In this document: positions 1 through 9,868 of the stretch, in pieces
How positions within the stretch are numbered: position 1 is the stretch's first letter
Layout of the letters: each line of letters begins with the position of its first letter
Assembly: GCA_051859245.1 (NCBI GenBank)
Contig: JBHYGA010000006.1
Location: 251,591 to 315,590 of the forward strand
From: Gemmatimonadaceae bacterium
GTDB lineage: Bacteria > Gemmatimonadota > Gemmatimonadetes > Gemmatimonadales > Gemmatimonadaceae
DNA length: 64,000 bases
Direction: 5' to 3'
Translations under genes and position numbers: made by a program
The notes under the pieces: generated by a model
Told to the model about the DNA's origin: nothing
What the model saw: only the letters and a program-made list of their open reading frames with translations
Databases searched by the model: none

Positions 1-68
1 GACACGAAGGCACGAAAGACACGAAAACTGCAAAGCAAATAAAGGGGAGTCGCAGCCAAATGATGGCG

Positions 69-119
69 AAAAAATCAACGCCCCGCCAACTCGCAAAAGC
101 GAACTGGCGGGGCGTTGAT
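69..119 (-). terminator. Intrinsic terminator of the DUF305-LVIVD operon
   Basis: TCAACGCCCCGCCA...TGGCGGGGCGTTGA inverted repeat; the A6 run at 69-74 reads as a U-tract on the minus strand; ~40 bp after the stop at 161. Confidence 0.75.
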
Positions 120-160
120 GTGAACAACGTTACCGGCGCGAACGCCGGCGAACGATGTGA

Positions 161-2164
161 TTACATCACCGTCACCTGCAAATCCTGCAGCGCCTTCTTG
201 AGCAAGTCGACGCGCTTGGCATCACAGCCACGCTCTGCTTCGATTTCCGTGCTCAGCTTCTGCAGCGCCGAGTTGCGCGCGGCACCAGAGGCGCGCTCGG
301 CGCCCGCGATCGACGAACGAATCGCACTGATGCGCGTAGCGTTTACACAGCCTTTGCGCTCGATCTGATCAGTGTACGCCTTGGCGAGTGCGAAGCTCGG
401 CGGCCACACAATCTTCGGCTGACCCTGCGCGTTCAGGTATTCCCACTTCACCGTCTTCGCCGCGTCGATTTCATTCTGCGACACGTACTGGCTCGGCACG
501 AGCTCAGCAATGTCGAGACCACGTGCGATTTCGGAGCTGATCATCGCGCCGTTGTACCAGTACACGGACCACGAACCACCGCTCACCATACGCGTGGAGT
601 CCACCGGACCACGGTCGAACGAGGCGATTTCAAACGGCTTGGCGGGGTCCGTCCAGTCGAACACCGAAATGCCACCCTGATACCACGCCTGCACCATCAC
701 GTCACGACCCGGAATCGGAATCAGTGAACCATTATGTGCCACGCAGTTTTCGAGCGACGACTGCACGGCCGGCAACTTGTAGTAGCTCTTGAATACGAGC
801 TTGCGATTTTCAATGGCGAAGATCGCGTTCGAACCCCACTCCGGCTTGTCACCTTCGCGGCACTTCGGCGAGCTGCCACCGCCCCACTCGTCGGAGAAGA
901 GCATCTGCGTGCCGTCGTTGTTGAACGTGGCCGAGTGCCAGTACGCAAAGTTCGAGTCAGCCACGGCGTCGAGACGACGCGGGTTCACCGGATCACTGAT
1001 GTCGATGAGCAAACCATGTCCTTCGCACGCGCCACCGGCGAGTCCAAGCGCCGGATACACCGTGATGTCGTGGCACTGTGAACGATCAGAGACCGACTGA
1101 TTGCTCGTGCCCGCCGTTGGCGCTGCGGCAAACGTGCGATTCATGATGTTCTGCAGTGCGCCGCGCAGCGTTGCACTGTCAGCAGCCGTTGGCGCGCCGG
1201 TTCCGCCGCGCACCTTCACCAGGCTGTCGAGCAGTGGTGCGGCCTGACGCGGGTTCAGTGCGGCCTCTGCACCAGACTGCGGATTGCGATAAATGAAGGC
1301 ACCGCTGCGACGCGCGGCATCAAGCGCGGCCGAGGCGGCGGCTTTGTCAGCGTCAGACAGACCGTGACGCGGCGGCGCGGACAGGCCGGCAAAAATGTTG
1401 GCGCGACCAACAACCGCCGACTTGGCCGGATCGGCGAGTGGCACCTTGATGATTTCAATGCGCAAACGCGACGAGTTCGGATCGCTGGCGTCAAGATCGC
1501 CCGCGCAACCGGCGAGTTCCGCGGCCGGACGAATGCCCGACGAACCCGACACGTAGATGTAGACGTTCTGCTTGTCCTTCGGATCTTCGAGCACCGTGTG
1601 CGTGTGCGAACCGCGGCACGTCTGCACATTGGCCACCAACTTCGGCGCCTTGATATCGGTGATGTCAAACACGCGCACGCCACGCATGCGGTCCTTGCTC
1701 ACCGCTTCACGCACGCCACCCGGCATGCAATCGGTGCGACCGTTGGCCGCTTCAGCCGACATGAACATCAGGTTCTTGTACACGGACACGTCGTTCTGCG
1801 ACGCCGGGCACGAGAACGCCGTGACGAGCTTGGGCGCGTTCGGGTTGCTCACGTCCCAGATCACGGGGCCGTTGTAGTTACCCTGAATGGCGTAGTTGCC
1901 CGTAAATGCGAGATCGGAATTCGTGACGCCAAGAAATCCGGCCGGTGACTGCGCCTTGGCCGTCACCTTGAGGTTCGACACGGCTTCTTCCGCGTCAAAC
2001 AGACCCGCCTTGAGTCCGACGCGCGGATCATTCTGCGGCGACGGGGCGGTGTTGGGCTTGCTGCTCGAGCAGGCCGCGAGTCCGGCAAGCGCCGCAACCG
2101 TCGCGGCACGCGCGGCGAATGCGACAGCGGATGCGACGGTGCCGCGATGAGAAAGAACGGTCAT
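161..2164 (-). CDS. LVIVD-repeat beta-propeller lipoprotein
   Basis: 667 aa ORF; lipobox LAAC; repeated 'iwDVSNPnaPklv', 'vfDITDikaPklv' and 'lIDISDPvnPrrl' blades; His-rich motifs GSHTHT, CHDI, YWHSA, CVAHNG. Confidence 0.8.
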   Translation of the reverse strand: MTVLSHRGTVASAVAFAARAATVAALAGLAACSSSKPNTAPSPQNDPRVGLKAGLFDAEEAVSNLKVTAKAQSPAGFLGVTNSDLAFTGNYAIQGNYNGPVIWDVSNPNAPKLVTAFSCPASQNDVSVYKNLMFMSAEAANGRTDCMPGGVREAVSKDRMRGVRVFDITDIKAPKLVANVQTCRGSHTHTVLEDPKDKQNVYIYVSGSSGIRPAAELAGCAGDLDASDPNSSRLRIEIIKVPLADPAKSAVVGRANIFAGLSAPPRHGLSDADKAAASAALDAARRSGAFIYRNPQSGAEAALNPRQAAPLLDSLVKVRGGTGAPTAADSATLRGALQNIMNRTFAAAPTAGTSNQSVSDRSQCHDITVYPALGLAGGACEGHGLLIDISDPVNPRRLDAVADSNFAYWHSATFNNDGTQMLFSDEWGGGSSPKCREGDKPEWGSNAIFAIENRKLVFKSYYKLPAVQSSLENCVAHNGSLIPIPGRDVMVQAWYQGGISVFDWTDPAKPFEIASFDRGPVDSTRMVSGGSWSVYWYNGAMISSEIARGLDIAELVPSQYVSQNEIDAAKTVKWEYLNAQGQPKIVWPPSFALAKAYTDQIERKGCVNATRISAIRSSIAGAERASGAARNSALQKLSTEIEAERGCDAKRVDLLKKALQDLQVTVM

Positions 2165-2245
2165 GCGTGATCCTCAGAGTGAACGAACGTGAACACAAAA
2201 CACAACAACGACAGTGTGCTGAGCACGCCAATGTCGCGCGCCCAA

Positions 2246-2950
2246 CTATTCAAACGGCGGTACAAACCCAAGTTCGAGCATCATGGTGAGCATGCGACGA
2301 ATTTCTGTGGACTGATCCACTTCCACATCGTTCGCAAACTTGAACACGGTTTCATCCTGGCCGGCGCCCGGTGACTTGAACAGCTCCTTCACCATGCTCA
2401 CCGCGCCACGGTGATGCGCCATCATGAAGGTCAGAAAGAGCCGGTCAAACTCTTCGCCGCGAGCGGCATTGAGTTCCTTGAGCTGCGCATCGGTCAGCAT
2501 GCCCGGCATCGTCATGCCACCCATCTTCGACATATCGTGACCCGGCATGTCGTGTCCCGCATGCGCATCACCACCACCACTCACATTGCCCAGTGAATCG
2601 ATTTCCGGCGCGGACTGATTGCGATCCTTGAGCCAGGTCTGCATGAGTTCGATCTCGTCTTTCTGCGCATTGATGATGCGTTCAGTGAGTCGAATCACGG
2701 CTGGATCGGCGCCATGTGAGGGCGCCCATTTGGAAATCACAATCGCCTGCGCGTGATGATGAATCATGCCGCGCATGAAATCGATGTCGGCCTGCGTGTA
2801 CGGATAGCGCATGCTGTCCGCGCGCGCGCGGAGAATCGCGCCCTCCTGACCCATCACAAAGGCGGGCGTGGCAGAGCGCGAGGAGGCGCAGCCAGCGACA
2901 AGGAGCAGCGACCCAAGCGTCGCGCCGAAAAGAGCGGTGTGGCGAAGCAT
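2246..2950 (-). CDS. DUF305 (CopM-like, ferritin-like) lipoprotein
   Basis: ADIDFMRGMIHHHAQAI and FDRLFLTFMMAHHRGAVSM duplicated DUF305 motifs; lipobox VAGC; His/Met-rich linker; start taken at ATG 2950. Confidence 0.88.
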   Translation of the reverse strand: MLRHTALFGATLGSLLLVAGCASSRSATPAFVMGQEGAILRARADSMRYPYTQADIDFMRGMIHHHAQAIVISKWAPSHGADPAVIRLTERIINAQKDEIELMQTWLKDRNQSAPEIDSLGNVSGGGDAHAGHDMPGHDMSKMGGMTMPGMLTDAQLKELNAARGEEFDRLFLTFMMAHHRGAVSMVKELFKSPGAGQDETVFKFANDVEVDQSTEIRRMLTMMLELGFVPPFE

Positions 2951-3132
2951 GTAGCGTTGGGGGACGGACGAGGCGGGCAACGTGGGCGCAGGTACTCGGC
3001 GCCATCCTGAGGGTGCGTCAGGGGTAATCCGAAATCTACCGTCTCGTGTCGGAATCCCAACCCGCGAGGGACGACAGGCTGCTGCTACCCGTTGGTACGC
3101 GCCACCCGGGCGGGGCGCTGATGCACGGCGGG

Positions 3133-3885
3133 CTAGGCCGCGAGCGCCGTCAGCACAAACGGCACGTTGTCCCGTCGAATCATGATCGTGTGCTCATGGT
3201 GGGCGCTGAGCGAGCGATTGCTGGTTCGGAGCGTCCAGCCATCCGACTCTTCCACCACACGGGCCGGTTTGGCCGATACCATGGGCTCGAGGGCGATCAC
3301 GAGTCCCTCGTGCAGGCGATCCTGACAGGTCGGGTCGGCCCAGTTCGGCACCATCGGATCTTCGTGCAGCTTCCGGCCGATGCCGTGCCCGTAGAGCGTC
3401 CGAAAGACCGATGCGCCCTCCGCCTTGGCCGCGGCTTCCACCACGCCGCCCACTTCACGGAGGGTACGCCCAACGAGCGCATGCTCCAGTCCGCGCTGAA
3501 ACGCCACCCGGGCAGCCCGCATCACACGTGTGCCGGCCTCGCTCGCCGCGCCCACGGGCACGGTGAGGGCGCTGTCGGCCAGATAGCCCTCGAACTCAAG
3601 CGTCACGTCGAGCGTGACCAGATCACCTTCGGCGAGCGCCCGTGCGCCCGGAATGCCGTGCACGATCTCCTCGTTCACACTGATGCAGGTGAATCCGGGA
3701 AAGCCATAGGTGAGCTGCGGCGCAGACCGGGCACCGGCTGCACGGGCAAAGTCTTCACCAATAGCGTCCAGCTCGCCGGTCGTAATGCCCGGGCGAACCG
3801 CGGCGCGCATGGTGTGAATCGTGCGCGCCACAAGCTGGCCCACACGCTGCATGCCTTCGAAGTCGGCGGTTGAAAGAATCGTCAC
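3133..3885 (-). CDS. map: Type I methionine aminopeptidase
   Basis: CISVNEEIVHGIPG, DVTL..GYLADSA, GHGIGRKLHEDP, ALEPMV, SAHHEHTI motifs. Confidence 0.95.
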   Translation of the reverse strand: MTILSTADFEGMQRVGQLVARTIHTMRAAVRPGITTGELDAIGEDFARAAGARSAPQLTYGFPGFTCISVNEEIVHGIPGARALAEGDLVTLDVTLEFEGYLADSALTVPVGAASEAGTRVMRAARVAFQRGLEHALVGRTLREVGGVVEAAAKAEGASVFRTLYGHGIGRKLHEDPMVPNWADPTCQDRLHEGLVIALEPMVSAKPARVVEESDGWTLRTSNRSLSAHHEHTIMIRRDNVPFVLTALAA

Positions 3886-3974
3886 TATTGAGCGTCCCGT
3901 CTGGTTGGGGTGGTCATGTTCACGTTACACTGTGAGCAGAGGCACTGCTACTCTCGTACTCATTTCGCTCGATC

Positions 3975-5339
3975 ATGTCCGATTTGCTCGCCGCGCGAAG
4001 CCAAATGGCGATGTCGCTCGGTTTTCACATACTGTTCGCGGTGGTTGGCATCGGTATGCCGGCGCTCATGGTGATCGCTGAGTACCGCTACCAGAAACAT
4101 GGCGATCCGCTGCTCAAGGAGCTCGCCAAACGGTGGGCCAAGGGCACCGCGATCCTGTTCGCGGTGGGAGCCGTCTCCGGTACCGTGCTGAGTTTTGAAC
4201 TCGGTTTGCTCTGGCCCACGTTCATGGAGCACGCGGGCGGCATTATTGGCATGCCGTTTTCTCTCGAAGGGTTGGCGTTTTTTACCGAAGCCATTTTTCT
4301 CGGCATTTATCTCTACGCCTGGGATCGCGTCTCGCCGCGCGCGCATCTCGCTGCCGGTGTGGTGGTGGCCGTGAGCGGTGCGCTCTCCGGTGCGTTCGTG
4401 GTGACGGCCAACGCGTGGATGAATGCACCCACCGGCTTTACCGTCACCAACGGGGTGATTGGCAACGTGGACCCGATCGCCGCCATGCTGAATCCTGCGG
4501 CGTTCACTCAGGTGCTGCATATGACACTCGCCGCGTACGCCGCGACGGGTTTCGCCACGGCGGGTATCCACGCCATCGCACTGCTACGCAACACGCCGCA
4601 TCGCGTGTTTCATCGCTACGCGCTGCAGATCGGGTTGCTGGTGGGAGTGCCGGCGGCCTTGTTGCAGCCGCTGTCGGGAGATCTCTCTGCCCGACATGTG
4701 GCCGAGTATCAACCGGTGAAGTTCGCCGCCATGGAGGCGCATCATCACACTGGTCCGATGCCGTTTGTGATTGGCGGCTGGCCGGATGTCACCGCCGGCA
4801 CGAATCGATTTGCCATTGAGATTCCGGGTGCGGTATCACTGGTCATGAAAGGTGACGCCAACGCCAGCATTCCGGGATTGGACAGCGTGGTCGAGGCAGA
4901 TCGTCCACCCGTCGCCATCGTGCACGTGGCATTTCAGATCATGATCGCGTGTGGTGTGATCATGGGATTCGTGGGACTGTGGACCATTGTGCGCATCTGG
5001 CGACGCAAGCGCGGTCTCGGCGTGTCGCTGCCCAATGATCGACTGTTTCTGCGTTTGCTCGCGTTCAGTGCGCCGTTAGGCTTTGTTGCGGTTGAAGCCG
5101 GTTGGACGGTGACTGAAGTTGGGCGACAGCCGTGGATCGTGCAGGGATTCATGCGCACGGCTGATGCCGTGTCGCCCGTGCCCGGACTCGTGGTGCCGTT
5201 TATCGGATTTACGTTGCTCTACATTGGCTTGGCGATCGCGGTGGTGTGGTTGCTGTATCGTCAAATCATCAAGACCGGTGTTGGCGCCAATCCGCGCGCC
5301 GGATTTACTGAAGAGCTGCCAGTGCCGGTGCGATCATGA
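3975..5339 (+). CDS. cydA: Cytochrome bd ubiquinol oxidase subunit I (short Q-loop type)
   Basis: SLGFHILF, FAVGAVSG, ANAWMNAP, QPVKFAAME, EAGWTVTEVGRQPW motifs. Confidence 0.95.
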   Translation: MSDLLAARSQMAMSLGFHILFAVVGIGMPALMVIAEYRYQKHGDPLLKELAKRWAKGTAILFAVGAVSGTVLSFELGLLWPTFMEHAGGIIGMPFSLEGLAFFTEAIFLGIYLYAWDRVSPRAHLAAGVVVAVSGALSGAFVVTANAWMNAPTGFTVTNGVIGNVDPIAAMLNPAAFTQVLHMTLAAYAATGFATAGIHAIALLRNTPHRVFHRYALQIGLLVGVPAALLQPLSGDLSARHVAEYQPVKFAAMEAHHHTGPMPFVIGGWPDVTAGTNRFAIEIPGAVSLVMKGDANASIPGLDSVVEADRPPVAIVHVAFQIMIACGVIMGFVGLWTIVRIWRRKRGLGVSLPNDRLFLRLLAFSAPLGFVAVEAGWTVTEVGRQPWIVQGFMRTADAVSPVPGLVVPFIGFTLLYIGLAIAVVWLLYRQIIKTGVGANPRAGFTEELPVPVRS

Positions 5340-6385
5340 GTACCGACACGCTGTTCACACTGCCGCACGCAGTCGCCGGCGTGATGGTGTTGTCGCTCAA
5401 TGCGTATGTGCTGCTCGCTGGCGCCGATTTTGGTGGCGGTGTGTGGGATTTGCTCGCAAGCGGTCCGCGTCGCGAGCAGCAGCGTGCCACCGTGGCCGAC
5501 GCGATCGGCCCGATCTGGGAAGCCAACCATGTGTGGTTGATTCTCGTGGTCGTGTTGCTCTTCTCCTGTTTTCCGCGCGCGTTTGCGCACTACTCCACCA
5601 CGTTGCATGTGCCGCTCACGCTCATGCTCGTTGGGATCGTGTTGCGTGGATCAGCGTTCACGTTCCGCAGTTACGACAGCAAGGCCGACAACGTGCAGCG
5701 CCGCTGGGGTCGCGTCTTCGCCATTGCGAGCGTGGTGACACCCGTGCTGCTCGGCGTGTGCCTGGGCGCGGTCGCGAGCGGCCGCGTGCCGATGGTACCG
5801 CTCGATTCGTCGCGGACGTTTGCCGAGCTGTATCTGACGTCGTGGCTGAATCCGTTTGCGCTGGCCGTTGGTGTGCTGACGCTGGCGCTGTTTGCACATC
5901 TCGCGGCGGTATATCTGGCGTGGGAGAGCACCGAAGCTGAGCTCAAGAACGACTTTCGGGAACGCGCGCTGCACGCGGCGGTGTGTGTGTTTGTTGCCGG
6001 CACGCTCACGATTGTCCTGGCGCAGCGGAACGCACCGCTGGTGTACGCGGGTCTGACCTCGGGAGTCACGGCGCTCGGCATGCAGGGTGTGACGGCGATT
6101 GCCGGCCTCACGGGTGTGTGGGCGCTCTGGAAACGCAAATGGTTTCTGGCGGTGGTGTGTGCGGCCGCGCAGGCCTCTTTCCTGCTCTGGGGCTGGGCCT
6201 GGTCGCAGTTTCCGTGGATGGTGCCACCGTCGCACACCATCACCGAGCTGTCGGCACCACGCGTCACACAACAGCTCGTGCTCGGCGTACTCGGGGTTGG
6301 TACGGTGATCCTGCTGCCGTCGTTCGTCTACCTGTTTCGGATTTTCAAGCGACGTGAAACGGCGTTTGAACGGCTCGACGCATAG
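5336..6385 (+). CDS. cydB: Cytochrome bd oxidase subunit II
   Basis: GADFGGG and IGPIWEANHVWL motifs; ATGA overlap with cydA. Confidence 0.95.
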   Translation: MSTDTLFTLPHAVAGVMVLSLNAYVLLAGADFGGGVWDLLASGPRREQQRATVADAIGPIWEANHVWLILVVVLLFSCFPRAFAHYSTTLHVPLTLMLVGIVLRGSAFTFRSYDSKADNVQRRWGRVFAIASVVTPVLLGVCLGAVASGRVPMVPLDSSRTFAELYLTSWLNPFALAVGVLTLALFAHLAAVYLAWESTEAELKNDFRERALHAAVCVFVAGTLTIVLAQRNAPLVYAGLTSGVTALGMQGVTAIAGLTGVWALWKRKWFLAVVCAAAQASFLLWGWAWSQFPWMVPPSHTITELSAPRVTQQLVLGVLGVGTVILLPSFVYLFRIFKRRETAFERLDA

Positions 6386-6474
6386 CGTAGACTTCAGCTG
6401 CTCGTTGCCGACGCCGGTGCGACTCTCGTGAGTATACCCTTGCTACCTGCACCAGCGAGCGCGACATTGCCCCC

Positions 6475-7170
6475 ATGCGACCAGACCTGATTCGCGTTGT
6501 GCTCATTGATGATCACGCGATTGTTCGCGCGGGACTGAAAGCCATTCTCGCGACGGCCCGTGACATCATGGTGGTTGGCGAGGGCGGCAACGGACGCGAA
6601 GCGTTGTCACTGGCTGAGCGGCTTGATCCGCACGTCGTGGTGATGGACCTGTCCATGCCGGAAATGGATGGCCTGGCCGCCACGCGTGAGCTGGTCAAAG
6701 CCAACGGCAGTCGACCGGTCGTGAGCGGCACACCACAAACACGTCGTGTGCTGATGCTCACCATGCACAGCGAAGACGAACATCTCGTGGCCCTGCTCGA
6801 AGCGGGCGCGGGTGGGTATTTGCTCAAGACGGTTGCCGATCGCGAACTGGTGGACGCGGTGCGCACGGTCGCGGCGGGCGATATCTACGTGCAACCCTCG
6901 GCGGCCCGCGCACTCGCACGCGGCCTGGCGCGCAAGGAAGAGCACGCCGACGATCGCACCAAGTTTGAACGGCTCACCGAGCGCGAGCAGGTGGTGCTCA
7001 AGCTGTTCGCCGAAGGTTACACCGCGCCGGAAATTGGCGAGCGGTTGTCGATCAGTCCGAAAACGGTGGATACGTACAAGCAGCGCATCAACGAGAAGCT
7101 GCACATCACGCATCGCACGGATTACGTGAAGCTGGCGCTGCGGCTCGGGTTGCTGAGTTCCGAGGATTAG
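6475..7170 (+). CDS. NarL/LuxR-family response regulator (orphan)
   Basis: REC domain (DDH, VMDLSMP, LTM, YLLK) plus LTEREQVVL...ISPKTVDTY HTH. Confidence 0.93.
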   Translation: MRPDLIRVVLIDDHAIVRAGLKAILATARDIMVVGEGGNGREALSLAERLDPHVVVMDLSMPEMDGLAATRELVKANGSRPVVSGTPQTRRVLMLTMHSEDEHLVALLEAGAGGYLLKTVADRELVDAVRTVAAGDIYVQPSAARALARGLARKEEHADDRTKFERLTEREQVVLKLFAEGYTAPEIGERLSISPKTVDTYKQRINEKLHITHRTDYVKLALRLGLLSSED

Positions 7171-7197
7171 CCGCAGCGCTGGAAAATGCTTTTGCCG

Positions 7198-8355
7198 TTA
7201 GTTGGGCGGATGCTTGTGCCCACCCACCATTTCGCCCCAGCCCATGCCGGTGTGTTTCCCGGTCTGATCATCGTGCTTCATCACAGCACCGCGTGACACA
7301 GTGGGAACAGGAAACTCCGCCGTGAACCCCACCGCCGGCCCTCCCTGATTTTCCACGCCCATCTCCTTGGACATCACCAACCACGCGGCCGTTGGCATCA
7401 CATACGACGTGTCGTCGCGATAGCGCGACGCAGCGAGCATGATCTCCCGACGTTTATCGCGATCGGGCACGCTGTCGTTCGCGAGGATGTCACTGATGAC
7501 ATCGTGCATGGAATGCAGATTATCAAAGATGATCGCAACCGTCGGATAACGTGCGGCGAACGTTGGCGCAATCGTCGCCGTCATGGGCATCACTACGGGC
7601 ATGTGCATCGGCGCGTGTTGAATCATGCCACGAAAACGATCGGTCGTTGCACGCACCAGACTGTCACGCTCAGCGTCGGTCTTCGCCACCATCAGCGGCT
7701 CGTACAGCCCCACCTGCAACCAGTGATACGCCCAGATCAGTCCGTTGAACTTGGGATACTGTTTGCGAAACGCCAGTGAGTACGGCATCTCCTGCATCAG
7801 CCGCATGCTCTTTGGCTTCGTGCTGAACGCGAGGTCGGGACGCGCGAAATAGGCGGCGATAATCCGTTCGGTTTCCCGATCCTTCGCCGCTTCATCGAGT
7901 CGCTGGTCTGACCAGATGTCGTAAATCTGGCGGTGCAGAATATGCGCCCACTCGAACATGAGTTTGGCTTCGGGCGCCACACGCGCGTACGACGGCATGA
8001 TCGCTTCTTCCGCCAGCGGCAAACGCGGCGGATTCACGAGCAGTTTGTTCACCAGAAAATTGAACTCACGCTCTTCGAGACGAGGAATCGCCTTTTCAAC
8101 CGGTTCCTTCCACAAGACTTCATACAAAATCGCGTGGCCGTAGTCGAACGCGTTGAAGAGTTTGGCCGCGTCTGGATAGGTGCTCAGAAAGCGCCAGTTG
8201 AAGCTGCCGCCAGGGTAAAACTGTTCGGCGGTCGTGACCCACTGCGCGTGCAGTGACTTCGCCGGCGTAGACATCACCGCAGCAACGGCAACCAGCAGCG
8301 TGCTGCGTCGCACGATTCGTGACAGAATTCTCTCAGGCATCTGTTGTGTCTCCAT
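7198..8355 (-). CDS. Exported hypothetical protein with four internal His-bearing helical repeats and Met/His-rich segments
   Basis: Signal peptide ending SLHA-Q; repeats YPDAAKLFNAFDYGH, APEAKLMFEWAHILH, YPKFNGLIWAYHWLQ, YPTVAIIFDNLHSMH; begins 3 bp after the upstream stop. Confidence 0.75.
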   Translation of the reverse strand: METQQMPERILSRIVRRSTLLVAVAAVMSTPAKSLHAQWVTTAEQFYPGGSFNWRFLSTYPDAAKLFNAFDYGHAILYEVLWKEPVEKAIPRLEEREFNFLVNKLLVNPPRLPLAEEAIMPSYARVAPEAKLMFEWAHILHRQIYDIWSDQRLDEAAKDRETERIIAAYFARPDLAFSTKPKSMRLMQEMPYSLAFRKQYPKFNGLIWAYHWLQVGLYEPLMVAKTDAERDSLVRATTDRFRGMIQHAPMHMPVVMPMTATIAPTFAARYPTVAIIFDNLHSMHDVISDILANDSVPDRDKRREIMLAASRYRDDTSYVMPTAAWLVMSKEMGVENQGGPAVGFTAEFPVPTVSRGAVMKHDDQTGKHTGMGWGEMVGGHKHPPN

Positions 8356-8357
8356 GA

Positions 8358-9266
8358 TCAGAACAGGCGACGACCGAGGCCAAGCGCAATCGCGCTGCCC
8401 ACGGTAAACGACCACTGCTTATGCGTACCGCTCAACTCTCGGCCCACGCCCACATCAAACACGATCCGCGGCGAGACCTGATGACGAACACCCGCGCCGG
8501 CCGCCCAGACCACGTCGGCCTCTGCCTCCAGACCGCGCTGCGCAAACACTTCCGCAGCGATCAGTGTGGACTTGAGCGGGAACGCACGATCCATCGAAAC
8601 GCCTGCCATCCAGCGATGCGGCAGTTCAGCGATGGGTCCATTGTCGCTCAGTTCATCAACGGTTGGTGCATCTCCAAACGTGACGGACGCGTTGCCGTGC
8701 AATCGTACCGCGCCAAGCGCCGGGAGCGTTCGCGTCACGATGCCGGTGAGCGCGGGATAGGCGCGGTCTGGCGAGAACGCACCAACTGGCAACAACACTT
8801 CACCGCGCACGGCAAACGCAGGTATGCGCGTCTCCACATTGAGCTGGTGAAACACTGACATGTGCAATCCCGAGAGGCCAGTTGTTCTCACGCTGCCATC
8901 AAACGGGACCGACGACGGAGACGGCGCGCGCAGCAAATCGCCGGTGGGCACGGACACCATGGGAAAGCCAAGCGACACGTGCGTGCGGGGAAACAGTCCG
9001 AACGCGAGCTCAGGTTCAACCTCGGCATGCCACGCGTCGCCGGCGCGTTCAAGACGTAACGGAGCGAACTGGAGCTCGATCGCACGCCACTCAATGGAAA
9101 GCGCATCCTGCACGCGCAGTGGACGTGAACCGTCGGTGTTGAAAAAGTCCGTTTGTGCCTGCGCGCTTCGGGGCGCAGCCGCTAAAACGATTGCAGCGCC
9201 AAGCGCAGCGGCGCTGGCAAATATTCGTACACGCGCGCGTCGTAGCGCACGAAGAGTGTACCACAT
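8358..9266 (-). CDS. Probable outer-membrane beta-barrel (MetA-pathway/transporter-like)
   Basis: Signal peptide (SAQA-Q); alternating amphipathic strands (WAAGAGVRHQV, IVFDVGVG, WSFTVGSAI); terminal Phe. Confidence 0.65.
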   Translation of the reverse strand: MWYTLRALRRARVRIFASAAALGAAIVLAAAPRSAQAQTDFFNTDGSRPLRVQDALSIEWRAIELQFAPLRLERAGDAWHAEVEPELAFGLFPRTHVSLGFPMVSVPTGDLLRAPSPSSVPFDGSVRTTGLSGLHMSVFHQLNVETRIPAFAVRGEVLLPVGAFSPDRAYPALTGIVTRTLPALGAVRLHGNASVTFGDAPTVDELSDNGPIAELPHRWMAGVSMDRAFPLKSTLIAAEVFAQRGLEAEADVVWAAGAGVRHQVSPRIVFDVGVGRELSGTHKQWSFTVGSAIALGLGRRLF

Positions 9267-9357
9267 GCAAACCTCAGAATTGTGAGTGATCGATCGCGGC
9301 GATTGTCGCGCGAGCAGAATCCAATCAGCCGGTCGCTATGGGCCGGCTGGCGATCAC

Positions 9358-9837
9358 TCAGGCTCGTGGCGGCGGTACGTCTGGGGCGTTGGCCGGTCCA
9401 GGAGGCGCAATCGGGCTCGGCGCGCGATTGAGCGCGGCCACGATGCGGAGTGCGCCTGACGCACGCTCGTCGTGGTTGCTGACGGCGACGGTGCAGCCAG
9501 ACGCACCACTGCAGTGTTCGGGTGCGCCCTGCTGCGGGCAGCAATCGTGAGGGGCAGCATCCCCGATGTCGTTCGCGGAGACCTTCGCTGCCACGGAAAC
9601 TGGTGCGTCCGAAGTCTCGGCTACGGCGTCGTGTCCCGCGTGGTGTCCTGCGGACACCGGTGCGTTCTGTGACGCATCTGCGCCATGCGCAGCGGTCGCC
9701 GCGCCATGGGACGCGTGCGACGACCACGCCTCTGCCTCGCCGAGTAAATGCGACAAACAGGCGCCGCCGCCCAGAAGAGACGGAACCAGCACCGCTGCCA
9801 ACCACACCGCCATCACTCGTCGCCAGATCGAACGCAT
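9358..9837 (-). CDS. Small Cys/His-rich membrane-anchored protein with Pro-rich C-terminus (DUF2946/CruR-like)
   Basis: N-terminal TM; GACLSH, SHASHG, GHHAGHD, HDCCP, HCSGASGC motifs; ends APDVPPPRA-stop. Confidence 0.6.
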   Translation of the reverse strand: MRSIWRRVMAVWLAAVLVPSLLGGGACLSHLLGEAEAWSSHASHGAATAAHGADASQNAPVSAGHHAGHDAVAETSDAPVSVAAKVSANDIGDAAPHDCCPQQGAPEHCSGASGCTVAVSNHDERASGALRIVAALNRAPSPIAPPGPANAPDVPPPRA

Positions 9838-9868
9838 GACCCAAGGTAGCAAAACCGTCCGGAAAAAG

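Noticed and set aside
3931..3946. CRP/FNR-like site TGTGA-N6-GCACT upstream of cydA
   Set aside because: The second half-site is weak, so it cannot be distinguished from chance.
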